Positions 24,401 through 38,514 of a stretch of DNA of 64,000 nt are shown one piece after another (the first letter of the stretch is position 1; each line of letters opens with the position of its first letter). The stretch covers positions 124,001-188,000 of the forward strand of contig OZ176054.1 in NCBI GenBank assembly GCA_964247055.1. The letters are read 5' to 3'. Made by a program: the position numbers and the translations under genes. Under the pieces are notes generated by a model. That model saw nothing but the letters and a program-made list of their open reading frames with translations, did not search any database and was not told where the DNA came from. The DNA comes from Paragordius varius. Lineage: Eukaryota; Animalia; Nematomorpha.

Positions 24401-26645
24401 ACCATAATTTTTTTGGGTAGCCCTATGGTAGTTCCATCATCACCCCAAATATTTTCGAGATCGGAGTATAAATTTAATTTTTATGAATTTTTTAAATATT
24501 TAAAAAATTTATTTTATACGATTTTAAAAATAAAAATGGCTACCTAAAATCCAAATTTGATCAGGTGATGTCACCATAATTTTTTTTGGGTAGCCTTATG
24601 GTAGTTCCATCATCACCCCAAATATTTTGGGGATCGGACTATAAATGTAATTTTTATGAATTTTTTAAATATTTAAAAAATTTATTTTATACGATTTTAA
24701 AAATAAAAATGGCTACCTAAAATCCAAATTTGATCAGGTGATGTCGCCATAATTTTTTTTGGGTAGCCCTATAGTAGTTCCATCATCACCCCAAATATTT
24801 TCGAGATCGGAGTATAAATGTAATTTTTTAGAATTTTTTAAATATTTAAAAAATTTATTTTATACGATTTTAAAAATAAAAATGGCTACCTAAAATCCAA
24901 ATTTGATCAGGTGATGTCACTATAATTTTTTTGGGTAGCCCTATGGTAGTTCCATCATCACCCCAAATATTGTCGAGATCGGAGTATAAATGTAATTTTT
25001 TTGAATTTTTTAAATATTTAAAAAATTTATTTTATACGATTTTAAAAATAAAAATGGCTACCTAAAATCCAAATTTGATCAGGTGATGTCGCCATAATTT
25101 TTTTTGCGTAGCCCTATGGTAGTTTCATCATCACCCCAAATATTTTGGGGATCGGACTATAAATGTAATTTTTATGAATTTTTTAAATATTTAAAAAATT
25201 TATTTTATACGATTTTAAAAATAAAAATGGCTACCTAAAATCCAAATTTGATCAGGTGATGTCACCATAATTTTTTTTGGGTAGCCCTATGGTAGTTCCA
25301 TCATCACCCCAAATATTTTCGAGATCGGAGTATAAATGTAATTTTTATGAATTTTTTAAATATTTAAAAAATTTATTTTATACGATTTTAAAAATAAAAA
25401 TGGCTACCTAAAATCCAAATTTGATCAGGTGATGTCACCATATTTATTTTTGGGTAGCCCTATGGTAGTTCCATCATCACCTTAAATATTGTCGAGATCG
25501 GAGTATAAATGTAATTTTTTTGAATTTTTGAAATATTTAAAAAATACGATTTTAAAAATAAAAATGGCTACCTAAAATCCAAATCTGATCAGGTGATGTC
25601 ACTATAATTTTTTTGGGTAGCCCTATGGTAGTTCCATCATCACCCCAAATATTTTGGGGATCGGACTATAAATGTAATTTTTATGAATTTTTTAAATATT
25701 TAAAAAATTTATTTTATACGATTTTAAAAATAAAAATGGCTACCTAAAATCCAAATTTGATCAGGTGATGTCACCATAATTTTTTTTGGGTAGCCCTATG
25801 GTAGTTCCATCATCACCCCAAATATCGAGATCGGAGTATAAATGTAATTTTTATGAATTTTTTAAATATTTAAAAAATTTATTTTATACGATTTTAAAAA
25901 TAAAAATGGCTACCTAAAATCCAAATTTGATCAGGTGATGTCGCCATAATTTTTTTGGGTAGCCCTATGGTAGTTCCATCATCACCCCAAATATTTTGGA
26001 GATCGGGCTATAAATGTAATTTTTATGAATTTTTTAAATATTTAAAAAATTTATTTTATACGATTTTAAAAATAAAAATGGCTACCTAAAATCCAAATTT
26101 GATCAGGTGATGTCACCATAATTTTTTTTGGGTAAACCTATGGTAGTTCCATCATCACCCCAAATATTTTTGAGATCGGGCTATAAATCTAATTTTTATG
26201 AATTTTTTAAATATTTAAAAAATTTATTTTATACGATTTTAAAAATAAAAATGGCTACCTAAAATCCAAATTTGATCAGGTGATATCGCCATAATTTTTT
26301 TTGGGTAGCCCTATGGTAGTTCCATCATCACCCCAAATATTTTGGGGATCGGACTATAAATGTAATTTTTATGAATTTTTTAAATATTTAAAAAATTTAT
26401 TTTATACGATTTTAAAAATAAAAATGGCTACCTAAAATCCAAATTTGATCAGGTGATGTCGCCATAATTTTTTTGGGTAGCCTTATGGTAGTTCCATCAT
26501 CACCCCAAATATTTTGGGGATCGGACTATAAATGTAATTTTTATGAATTTTTTAAATATTTAAAAAATTTATTTTATACGATTTTAAAAATAAAAATGGC
26601 TACCTAAAATCCAAATTTGATCAGGTGATGTCACTATAATTTTTT

Positions 26646-29600
26646 TGGGTAGCCCTATGGTAGTTCCATCATCACCCCAAATATTTTGGGGATCGGAGTA
26701 TAAATGTAATTTTTATGAATTTTTTAAATATTTAAAAAATTTATTTTATACGATTTTAAAAATAAAAATGGCTACCTAAAATCCAAATTTGATCAGGTGA
26801 TGTCGCCATAATTTTTTTGGGTAGCCCTATGGTAGTTCCATCATCACCCCAAATATTTTGGGGATCGGACTATAAATGTAATTTTTATGAATTTTTTAAA
26901 TATTTAAAAAATTTATTTTATACGATTTTAAAAATAAAAATGGCTACCTAAAATCCAAATTTGATCAGGTGATGTCGCCATAACTTTTTTTGGGTAGCCC
27001 TATGGTAGTTCCATCATCACCCCAAATATTTTCGAGATCGGAGTATAAATGTAATTTTTATGAATTTTTTAAATATTTAAAAAATTTATTTTATACGATT
27101 TTAAAAATAAAAATGGCTACCTAAAATACAAATTTGATCCGGTTATGTCACCATAATTTTTTTTGGGTAGCCCTATGGTAGTTCCATCATCACCCTAAAT
27201 ATTTTTGAGGGACTATAAATGTAATTTTTATAAATTTTTTAAATATAAAAAAAATTTATTTTATACGATTTTAAATATAAAAATGGCTACCTAAAATCCA
27301 AATTTGATCAGGTGATGTCGCCATAATTTTTTTTGAGTAGCCCTATGGTAGTTCCATCATCCCCCAAATATTTTTGAGATCGGAGTATAAATGTAATTTT
27401 TTTGAATTTTTTAAATATTTAAAAAATTTATTTTATACGATTTTAAAAATAAAAATGGCTACCTAAAATCCAAATTTGATCAGGTGATGTCACCATAATT
27501 TTTTTTGGGTAGCCCTATGGTAGTTCCATCATCACCCCAAATATTTTGGGGATCGGACTATAAATGTAATTTTTATGAATTTTTTAAATATTTAAAAAAT
27601 TTATTTTATACGATTTTAAAAATAAAAATGGCTACCTAAAATCCAAATTTGATCAGGTGATGTCACTATAATTTTTTTGGGTAGCCCTATGGTAGTTCCA
27701 TCATCACCCCAAATATTTTCGAGATCGGAGTATAAATGTAATTTTTATGAATTTTTTAAATATTTAAAAAATTTATTTTAGACGATTTTAAAAATAAAAA
27801 TGGCTACCTAAAATCCAAATTTGATCAAGTGATGTCACTATAATTTTTTTGGGTAGCCCTATGGTAGTTCCATCATCACCCCAAATACTTTGGGGATCGG
27901 ACTATAAATGTAATTTTTATGAATTTTTTAAATATTTAAAAAATTTATTTTATACGATTTTAAAAATAAAAATGGCTACCTAAAATCCAAATTTGATCAG
28001 GTGATGTCACCATAATTTTTTTTGGGTAGCCCTATGGTAGTTCCATCATCACCCCAAATATTTTCGAGATCGGAGTATAAATGTAATTTTTATGAATTTT
28101 TTAAATATTTAAAAAATTTATTTTATACGATTTTAAAAATAAAAATGGCTACCTAAAATCCAAATTTGATCAGGTGATGTCACTATAATTTTTTTGGGTA
28201 GCCCTATGGTAGTTCCATCATCACCCCAAATATTTTGGGGATCGGAGTATAAATGTAATTTTTATGAATTTTTTAAATATTTAAAAAATTTATTTTATAC
28301 GATTTTAAAAATAAAAATGGCTACCTAAAATCCAAATTTGATCAGGTGATGTCGCCATAATTTTTTTTGGGTAGCCCTATGGTAGTTCCATCATCACCCC
28401 AAATATTTTGGGGATCGGAGTATAAATGTAATTTTTATGAATTTTTTAAATATTTAAAAAATTTATTTTATACGATTTTAAAAATAAAAATGGCTACCTA
28501 AAATCCAAATTTGATCAGGTGATGTCGCCATAATTTTTTTGGGTAGCCCTATGGTAGTTCCATCATCACCCCAAATATTTTGGGGATCGGACTATAAATG
28601 TAATTTTTATGAATTTTTTAAATATTTAAAAAATTTATTTTATACGATTTTAAAAATAAAAATGGCTACCTAAAATCCAAATTTGATCAGGTGATGTCGC
28701 CATAACTTTTTTTGGGTAGCCCTATGGTAGTTCCATCATCACCCCAAATATTTTCGAGATCGGAGTATAAATGTAATTTTTATGAATTTTTTAAATATTT
28801 AAAAAATTTATTTTATACGATTTTAAAAATAAAAATGGCTACCTAAAATACAAATTTGATCCGGTTATGTCACCATAATTTTTTTTGGGTAGCCCTATGG
28901 TAGTTCCATCATCACCCTAAATATTTTTGAGGGACTATAAATGTAATTTTTATAAATTTTTTAAATATAAAAAAAATTTATTTTATACGATTTTAAATAT
29001 AAAAATGGCTACCTAAAATCCAAATTTGATCAGGTGATGTCGCCATAATTTTTTTTGAGTAGCCCTATGGTAGTTCCATCATCCCCCAAATATTTTTGAG
29101 ATCGGAGTATAAATGTAATTTTTTTGAATTTTTTAAATATTTAAAAAATTTATTTTATACGATTTTAAAAATAAAAATGGCTACCTAAAATCCAAATTTG
29201 ATCAGGTGATGTCACCATAATTTTTTTTGGGTAGCCCTATGGTAGTTCCATCATCACCCCAAATATTTTGGGGATCGGACTATAAATGTAATTTTTATGA
29301 ATTTTTTAAATATTTAAAAAATTTATTTTATACGATTTTAAAAATAAAAATGGCTACCTAAAATCCAAATTTGATCAGGTGATGTCACTATAATTTTTTT
29401 GGGTAGCCCTATGGTAGTTCCATCATCACCCCAAATATTTTCGAGATCGGAGTATAAATGTAATTTTTATGAATTTTTTAAATATTTAAAAAATTTATTT
29501 TATACGATTTTAAAAATAAAAATGGCTACCTAAAATCCAAATTTGATCAGGTGATGTCACCATAATTTTTTTTGGGTAGCCCTATAGTAGTTCCATCATC

Positions 29601-30100
29601 ACCCCAAATATTTTCGAGATCGGAGTATAAATGTAATTTTTATGAATTTTTTAAATATTTAAAAAATTTATTTTAGACGATTTTAAAAATAAAAATGGCT
29701 ACCTAAAATCCAAATTTGATCAAGTGATGTCACTATAATTTTTTTGGGTAGCCCTATGGTAGTTCCATCATCACCCCAAATACTTTGGGGATCGGACTAT
29801 AAATGTAATTTTTATGAATTTTTTAAATATTTAAAAAATTTATTTTATACGATTTTAAAAATAAAAATGGCTACCTAAAATCCAAATTTGATCAGGTGAT
29901 GTCACCATAATTTTTTTTGGGTAGCCCTATGGTAGTTCCATCATCACCCCAAATATTTTCGAGATCGGAGTATAAATGTAATTTTTATGAATTTTTTAAA
30001 TATTTAAAAAATTTATTTTATACGATTTTAAAAATAAAAATGGCTACCTAAAATCCAAATTTGATCAGGTGATGTCACTATAATTTTTTTGGGTAGCCCT
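26646..30100 (+). repeat. 10-monomer (1722 bp) tandem duplication, second copy with one extra monomer
   Basis: taac 26981/28703 and ctaaaataca...gatccggttatg 27121/28843 recur at +1722. The tagacga/caagtg/tactttgggg cluster (27781-27895) reappears about one monomer later than expected (29671-29790). Confidence 0.88.
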
Positions 30101-33100
30101 ATGGTAGTTCCATCATCACTCCAAATATTTTCGAGATCGGAGTATAAATGTAATTTTTATGAATTTTTTAAATATTTAAAAAATTTATTTTAGACGATTT
30201 TAAAAATAAAAATGGCTACCTAAAATCCAAATTTGATCAGGTGATGTCACTATAATTTTTTTGGGTAGCGCTATGGTAGTTCCATCATCACCCCAAATAC
30301 TTTGGGGATCGGACTATAAATGTAATTATGAATTTTTTAAATATTTAAAAAATTTATTTTATACGATTTTAAAAATAAAAATGGCTACCTAAAATCCAAA
30401 TTTGATCAGGTGATGTCACCATAATTTTTTTTGGGTAGCCCTATGGTAGTTCCATCATCACCCCAAATATTTTCGAGATCGAAGTATAAATGTAATTTTT
30501 ATGAATTTTTAAATATTTAAAAAATTTATTTTATACGATTTTAAAAATAAAAATGGCTACCTAAAACCCAAATTTGATCAGGTGATGTCACCATAATTTT
30601 TTTGGGTAGCCCTATGGTAGTTCCATCATCACCCCAAATATTTTGGGGATCGGACTATAAATGTAATTTTTATGAATTTTTTAATTTAAAAAATTTATTT
30701 TATACGATTTTAAAAATAAAAATGGCTACCTAAAATCCAAATCTGATCAGGTGATGTCACCATAATTTTTTTTGGGTAGCCCTATGGTAGTTCCATCATC
30801 ACCCCAAATATTGTCGAGATCGGAGTATAAATGTAATTTTTTTGAATTTTTTAAATATTTAAAAAATTTATTTTATACGATTTTAAAAATAAAAATGGCT
30901 ACCTAAAATCCAAATTTGATCAGGTGATGTCGCCATAATTTTTTTTGCGTAGGTCTATGGTAGTTTCATCATCACCCCAAATATTTTGGGGATCGGACTA
31001 TAAATGTAATTTTTATGAATTTTTTAAATATTTAAAAAATTTATTTTATACGATTTTAAAAATAAAAATGGCTACCTAAAATCCAAATTTGATCAGGTGA
31101 TGTCACTATAATTTTTTTTGGGTAGCCCTATGGTAGTTCGATCATCACCCCAAATATTTTCGAGATCGGAGTATAAATGTAATTTTTATGAATTTTTTAA
31201 ATATTTAAAAAATTTATTTTATACGATTTTAAAAATAAAAATGGCTACCTAAAATCCAAATTTGATCAGGTGATGTCACTATAATTTTTTTTGGGTAGCC
31301 CTATGGTAGTTCCATCATCACCCCAAATATTTTCGAGATCGGAGTATAAATGTAATTTTTATGAATTTTTTAAATATTTAAAAAATTTATTTTATACGAT
31401 TTTAAAAATAAAAATGGCTACCTAAAATCCAAATCTGATCAGGTGATGTCACCATAATTTTTTTTGTGTAGCCCTATGGTAGTTCCATCATCACCCCAAA
31501 TATTTTGGGGATCGGACTATAAATGTAATTTTTATGAATTTTTTAAATATTTAAAAAATTTATTTTATACAATTTTAAAAATAAAAATGGCTACCTAAAA
31601 TCCAAATTTGATCAGGTGATGTCACTATAATTTTTTTTGGGTAGCCCTATGGTAGTTCCATCATCACCCCAAATATTTTCGAGATCGGAGTATAAATGTA
31701 ATTTTTATGAATTTTTTAAATATTTAAAAAATTTATTTTATACGATTTTAAAAATAAAAATGGCTACCTAAAATCCAAATTTGATCAGGTGATGTCACTA
31801 TAATTTTTTTTGGGTAGCCCTATGGTAGTTCCATCATCACCCCAAATATTTTCGAGATCGGATAAATGTAATTTTTATGAATTTTTTAAATATTTAAAAA
31901 ATTTATTTTATACGATTTTAAAAATAAAAATGGCTACCTAAAATCCAAATCTGATCAGGTGATGTCACCATAATTTTTTTGGGTAGCCCTATGGTAGTTC
32001 CATCATCACCCCAAATATTGTCGAGATCGGAGTATAAATGTAATTTTTTTGAATTTTTTAAATATTTAAAAAATTTATTTTATACGATTTTAAAAATAAA
32101 AATGGCTACCTAAAATCCAAATTTGATCAGGTGATGTCGCCATAATTTTTTTTGCGTAGCCCTATGGTAGTTTCATCATCACCCCAAATATTTTGGGGAT
32201 CGGACTATAAATGTAATTTTTATGAATTTTTTAAATATTTAAAAAATTTATTTTATACGATTTTAAAAATAAAAATGGCTACCTAAAATCCAAATTTGAT
32301 CAGGTGATGTCACCATAATTTTTTTTGGGTAGCCCTATGGTAGTTCTATCATCACCCCAAATATTTTCGAGATCGGAGTATAAATGTAATTTTTATGAAT
32401 TTTTTAAATATTTAAAAAATTTATTTTATACGATTTTAAAAATAAAAATGGCTACCTAAAATCCAAATTTGATCAGGTGATGTCACCATAATTTTTTTTG
32501 GGTAGCCCTATGGTAGTTCCATCATCACCCCAAATATTTTCGAGATCGGAGTATAAATGTAATTTTTATAAATTTTTAAATATTTAAAAAATTTATTTTA
32601 TACGATTTTAAAAATAAAAATGGCTACCTAAAATCCAAATTTGATCAGGTGATGTCACCATATTTTTTTTTGGGTAGCCCTATGGTAGTTCCATCATCAC
32701 CCCAAATATTTTGGGGATCGGACTATAAATGTAATTTTTATGAATTTTTTAAATATTTAAAAAATTTATTTTATACGATTTTAAAAATAAAAATGGCTAC
32801 CTAAAATCCAAATTTGATCAGGTGATGTCACCATAATTTTTTTTGGGTAGCCCTATGTTAGTTCCATCATCACCCCAAATATTTTGGGGATCGGACTATA
32901 AATGTAATTTTTATAAATTTTTAAATCAAAAAATTTATTTTATACGATTTTAAAAATAAAAATGGCTACCTAAAATCCAAATTTGATCAGGTGATGTCAC
33001 CATAATTTTTTTTGGGTAGCCCTATGGTAGTTCCATCATCACCCCAAATATTTTGGGGATCGGAGTATAAATGTAATTTTTATAAATTTTTAAATATTTA

Positions 33101-36100
33101 AAAAATTTATTTTATACGATTTTAAAAATAAAAATGGCTACCTAAAATCCAAATTTGATCAGGTGATGTCACCATAATTTTTTTTGGGTAGCCCTATGGT
33201 AGTTCCATCATCACCCCAAATATTTTGGGGATCGGAGTATAAATGTAATTTTTATGAATTTTTTAAATATTAAAAAAATTTATTTTATACGATTTTAAAA
33301 ATAAAAATGGCTACCTAAAATCCAAATTTGATCAGGTGATGTCACCATATTTTTTTTGGGTAGCCCTATGGTAGTTCCATCATCACCCCAAATATTTTTG
33401 AGATCGGACTTTAAATGTAATTTTTATAAATTTTTAAATATTTAAAAAATTTATTTTATACGATTTTAAAAATAAAAATGGCTACCTAAAATCCAAATTT
33501 GATCAGGTGATGTCACCATAATTTTTTTTGGGTAGCCCTATGGTAGTTCCATCATCACCCCAAATATTTTCGAGATCGGAGTAAAAATGTAATTTTTATG
33601 AATTTTTTAAATATTTAAAAAATTTATTTTATACGATTTTAAAAATAAAAATGGCTACCTAAAATCCAAATTTGATCAGGTGATGTCGCCATAATTTTTT
33701 TTGCGTAGCCCTATGGTAGTTCCATCATCACCCCAAATATTGTGGAGATCGGAGTATAAATGTAATTTTTATGAATTTTTTAAATATTTAAAAAATTTAT
33801 TTTATACGATTTTAAAAATAAAAATGGCTACCTAAAATCCAAAATCAGGTGATGTCACCATAATTTTTTTTGGGTAGCCCTATGGTAGTTCCATCATCAC
33901 CCCAAATATTTTGGGGATCGGAGTATAAATGTAATTTTTATGAATTTTTTAAATATTTAAAAAATTTATTTTATACGATTTTAAAAATAAAAATGGCTAC
34001 CTAAAATCCAAATTTGATCAGGTGATGTCACCATAATTTTTTTTGGGTAGCCCTATGGTAGTTCCATCATCACCCCAAATATTGTGGAGATCGGAGTATA
34101 AATGTAATTTTTATGAATTTTTTAAATATTTAAAAAATTTATTTTATACGATTTTAAAAATAAAAATGGCTACCTAAAATCCAAATTTGATCAGGTGATG
34201 TCACCATAATTTTTTTTGGGTAGCCCTATGGTAGTTCCATCATCACCCCAAATATTTTGGGGATCGGACTATAAATGTAATTTTTATGAATTTTTTAAAT
34301 ATTTAAAAAATTTATTTTATACGATTTTAAAAATAAAAATGGCTACCTAAAATCCAAATTTGATCAGGTGATGACGCCATAATTTTTTTTGGGTAGCCCT
34401 ATGGTAGTTCCATCATCACCCCAAATATTTTCGAGATCGGAGTATAAATGTAATTTTTATGAATTTTTTAAATATTTAAAAAATTTATTTTATACGATTT
34501 TAAAAATAAAAATGGCTACCTAAAATCCAAATCTGATCAGGTGATGTCACCATAATTTTTTTTGGGTAGCCCTATGGTAGTTCCATCATCACCCCAAATA
34601 TTGTCGAGATCGGAGTATAAATGTAATTTTTTTGAATTTTTTAAATATTTAAAAAATTTATTTTATACGATTTTAAAAATAAAAATGGCTACCTAAAATC
34701 CAAATTTGATCAGGTGATGTGGCCATAATTTTTTTTGCGTAGGTCTATGGTAGTTTCATCATCACCCCAAATATTTTGGGGATCGGACTATAAATGTAAT
34801 TTTTATGAATTTTTTAAATATTTAAAAAATTTATTTTATACGATTTTAAAAATAAAAATGGCTACCTAAAATCCAAATTTGATCAGGTGATGTCACTATA
34901 ATTTTTTTTGGGTAGCCCTATGGTAGTTCGATCATCACCCCAAATATTTTCGAGATCGGAGTATAAATGTAATTTTTATGAATTTTTTAAATATTTAAAA
35001 AATTTATTTTATACGATTTTAAAAATAAAAATGGCTACCTAAAATCCAAATTTGATCAGGTGATGTCACTATAATTTTTTTTGGGTAGCCCTATGGTAGT
35101 TCCATCATCACCCCAAATATTTTCGAGATCGGAGTATAAATGTAATTTTTATGAATTTTTTAAATATTTAAAAAATTTATTTTATACGATTTTAAAAATA
35201 AAAATGGCTACCTAAAATCCAAATCTGATCAGGTGATGTCACCATAATTTTTTTTGTGTAGCCCTATGGTAGTTCCATCATCACCCCAAATATTTTGGGG
35301 ATCGGACTATAAATGTAATTTTTATGAATTTTTTAAATATTTAAAAAATTTATTTTATACAATTTTAAAAATAAAAATGGCTACCTAAAATCCAAATTTG
35401 ATCAGGTGATGTCACTATAATTTTTTTTGGGTAGCCCTATGGTAGTTCCATCATCACCCCAAATATTTTCGAGATCGGAGTATAAATGTAATTTTTATGA
35501 ATTTTTTAAATATTTAAAAAATTTATTTTATACGATTTTAAAAATAAAAATGGCTACCTAAAATCCAAATTTGATCAGGTGATGTCGCCATAATTTTTTT
35601 TGGGTAGCTCTATGGTAGTTCCATCATCACCCCAAATATTTTCGAGATCGGAGTATAAATGTAATTTTTATGAATTTTTTAAATATTTAAAAAATTTATT
35701 TTATACGATTTTAAAAATAAAAATGGCTACCTAAAATCCAAATTTGATCAGGTGATGTCACCATAATTTCTTTTGGTTAGCCCTATGGTAGTTCCATCAT
35801 CACCCCAAATATTGTCGAGATCGGACTATAAATGTAATTTTTTTGAATTTTTTAAATATTTAAAAAATTTATTTTATACGATTTTAAAAATAAAAATGGC
35901 TACCTAAAATCCAAATTTGATCAGGTGATGTCACCATAATTTTTTTTGGGTAGCCCTATGGTAGTTCCATCATCACCCCAAATATTTTCGAGATCGGATA
36001 AATGTAATTTTTATGAATTTTTTAAATATTTAAAAAATTTATTTTATACGATTTTAAAAATAAAAATGGCTACCTAAAATCCAAATCTGATCAGGTGATG

Positions 36101-38514
36101 TCACCATAATTTTTTTGGGTAGCCCTATGGTAGTTCCATCTTCACCCCAAATATTTTGGGGATCGGACTATAAATGTAATTTTTATGAATTTTTTAAATA
36201 TTTAAAAAATTTATTTTATACGATTTTAAAAATAAAAATGGCTACCTAAAATCCAAATTTGATCAGGTGATGACGCCATAATTTTTTTTGGGTAGCCCTA
36301 TGGTAGTTCCATCATCACCCCAAATATTTTCGAGATCGGAGTATAAATGTAATTTTTATGAATTTTTTAAATATTTAAAAAATTTATTTTATACGATTTT
36401 AAAAATAAAAATGGCTACCTAAAATCCAAATTTGATCAGGTGATGTCGCCATAATTTTTTTTGGGTAGCCCTATGGTAGTTCCTTCATCACCCCAAATAT
36501 TTTCGAGATCGGAGTATAAATGTAATTTTTATGAATTTTTTAAATATTTAAAAAATTTATTTTATACGTTTTTAAAAATAAAAATGGTACCTAAAATCCA
36601 AATTTGATCAGGTGATGTCACCATAATTTTTTTTGGTAGCCCTATGGTAGTTCCATCATCACCCCAAATATTGTCGAGATCGGAGTATAAATGTAATTTT
36701 TTTGAATTTTTTAAATATTTAAAAAATTTATTTTATACGATTTTAAAAATAAAAATGGCTACCTAAAATCCAAATTTGATCAGGTGCACCATAATTTTTT
36801 TTGGGTAGCCCTATGGTAGTTCCATCATCACCCCAAATATTTTGGGGATCGGACTATAAATGTAATTTTTATGAATTTTTTAAATATTTAAAAAATTTAT
36901 TTTATACGATTTTAAAAATAAAAATGGCTACCTAAAATCCAAATTTGATCAGGTGATGACGCCATAATTTTTTTTGGGTAGCCCTATGGTAGTTCCATCA
37001 TCACCCCAAATATTTTCGAGATCGGAGTATAAATGTAATTTTTATGAATTTTTTAAATATTTAAAAAATTTATTTTATACGATTTTAAAAATAAAAATGG
37101 CTACCTAAAATCCAAATTTGATCAGGTGATGTCACCATAATTTTTTTTGGGTAGCCCTATGGTAGTTCCATCATCACCCCAAATATTTTCGAGATCGGAG
37201 TATAAATGTAATTTTTATGAATTTTTAAATATTTAAAAAATTTATTTTATACGATTTTAAAAATAAAAATGGCTACCTAAAACCAAATTTGATCAGGTGA
37301 TGTCACCATAATTTTTTTGGGTAGCCCTATGGTAGTTCCATCATCACCCCAAATATTTTGGGGATCGGACTATAAATGTAATTTTTATGAATTTTTTAAT
37401 TTAAAAAATTTATTTTATACGATTTTAAAAATAAAAATGGCTACCTAAAATCCAAATCTGATCAGGTGATGTCACCATAATTTTTTTTGGGTAGCCCTAT
37501 GGTAGTTCCATCATCACCCCAAATATTGTCGAGATCGGAGTATAAATGTAATTTTTTTGAATTTTTTAAATATTTAAAAAATTTATTTTATACGATTTTA
37601 AAAATAAAAATGGCTACCTAAAATCCAAATTTGATCAGGTGATGTGGCCATAATTTTTTTTGCGTAGGTCTATGGTAGTTTCATCATCACCCCAAATATT
37701 TTGGGGATCGGACTATAAATGTAATTTTTATGAATTTTTTAAATATTTAAAAAATTTATTTTATACGATTTTAAAAATAAAAATGGCTACCTAAAATCCA
37801 AATTTGATCAGGTGATGTCACTATAATTTTTTTTGGGTAGCCCTATGGTAGTTCGATCATCACCCCAAATATTTTCGAGATCGGAGTATAAATGTAATTT
37901 TTATGAATTTTTTAAATATTTAAAAAATTTATTTTATACGATTTTTAAAATAAAAATGGCTACCTAAAATCCAAATTTGATCAGGTGATGTCACTATAAT
38001 TTTTTTTGGGTAGCCCTATGGTAGTTCCATCATCACCCCAAATATTTTCGAGATCGGAGTATAAATGTAATTTTTATGAATTTTTTAAATATTTAAAAAA
38101 TTTATTTTATACGATTTTAAAAATAAAAATGGCTACCTAAAATCCAAATCTGATCAGGTGATGTCACCATAATTTTTTTTGTGTAGCCCTATGGTAGTTC
38201 CATCATCACCCCAAATATTTTGGGGATCGGACTATAAATGTAATTTTTATGAATTTTTTAAATATTTAAAAAATTTATTTTATACAATTTTAAAAATAAA
38301 AATGGCTACCTAAAATCCAAATTTGATCAGGTGATGTCACTATAATTTTTTTTGGGTAGCCCTATGGTAGTTCCATCATCACCCCAAATATTTTCGAGAT
38401 CGGAGTATAAATGTAATTTTTATGAATTTTTTAAATATTTAAAAAATTTATTTTATACGATTTTAAAAATAAAAATGGCTACCTAAAATCCAAATTTGAT
38501 CAGGTGATGTCACT

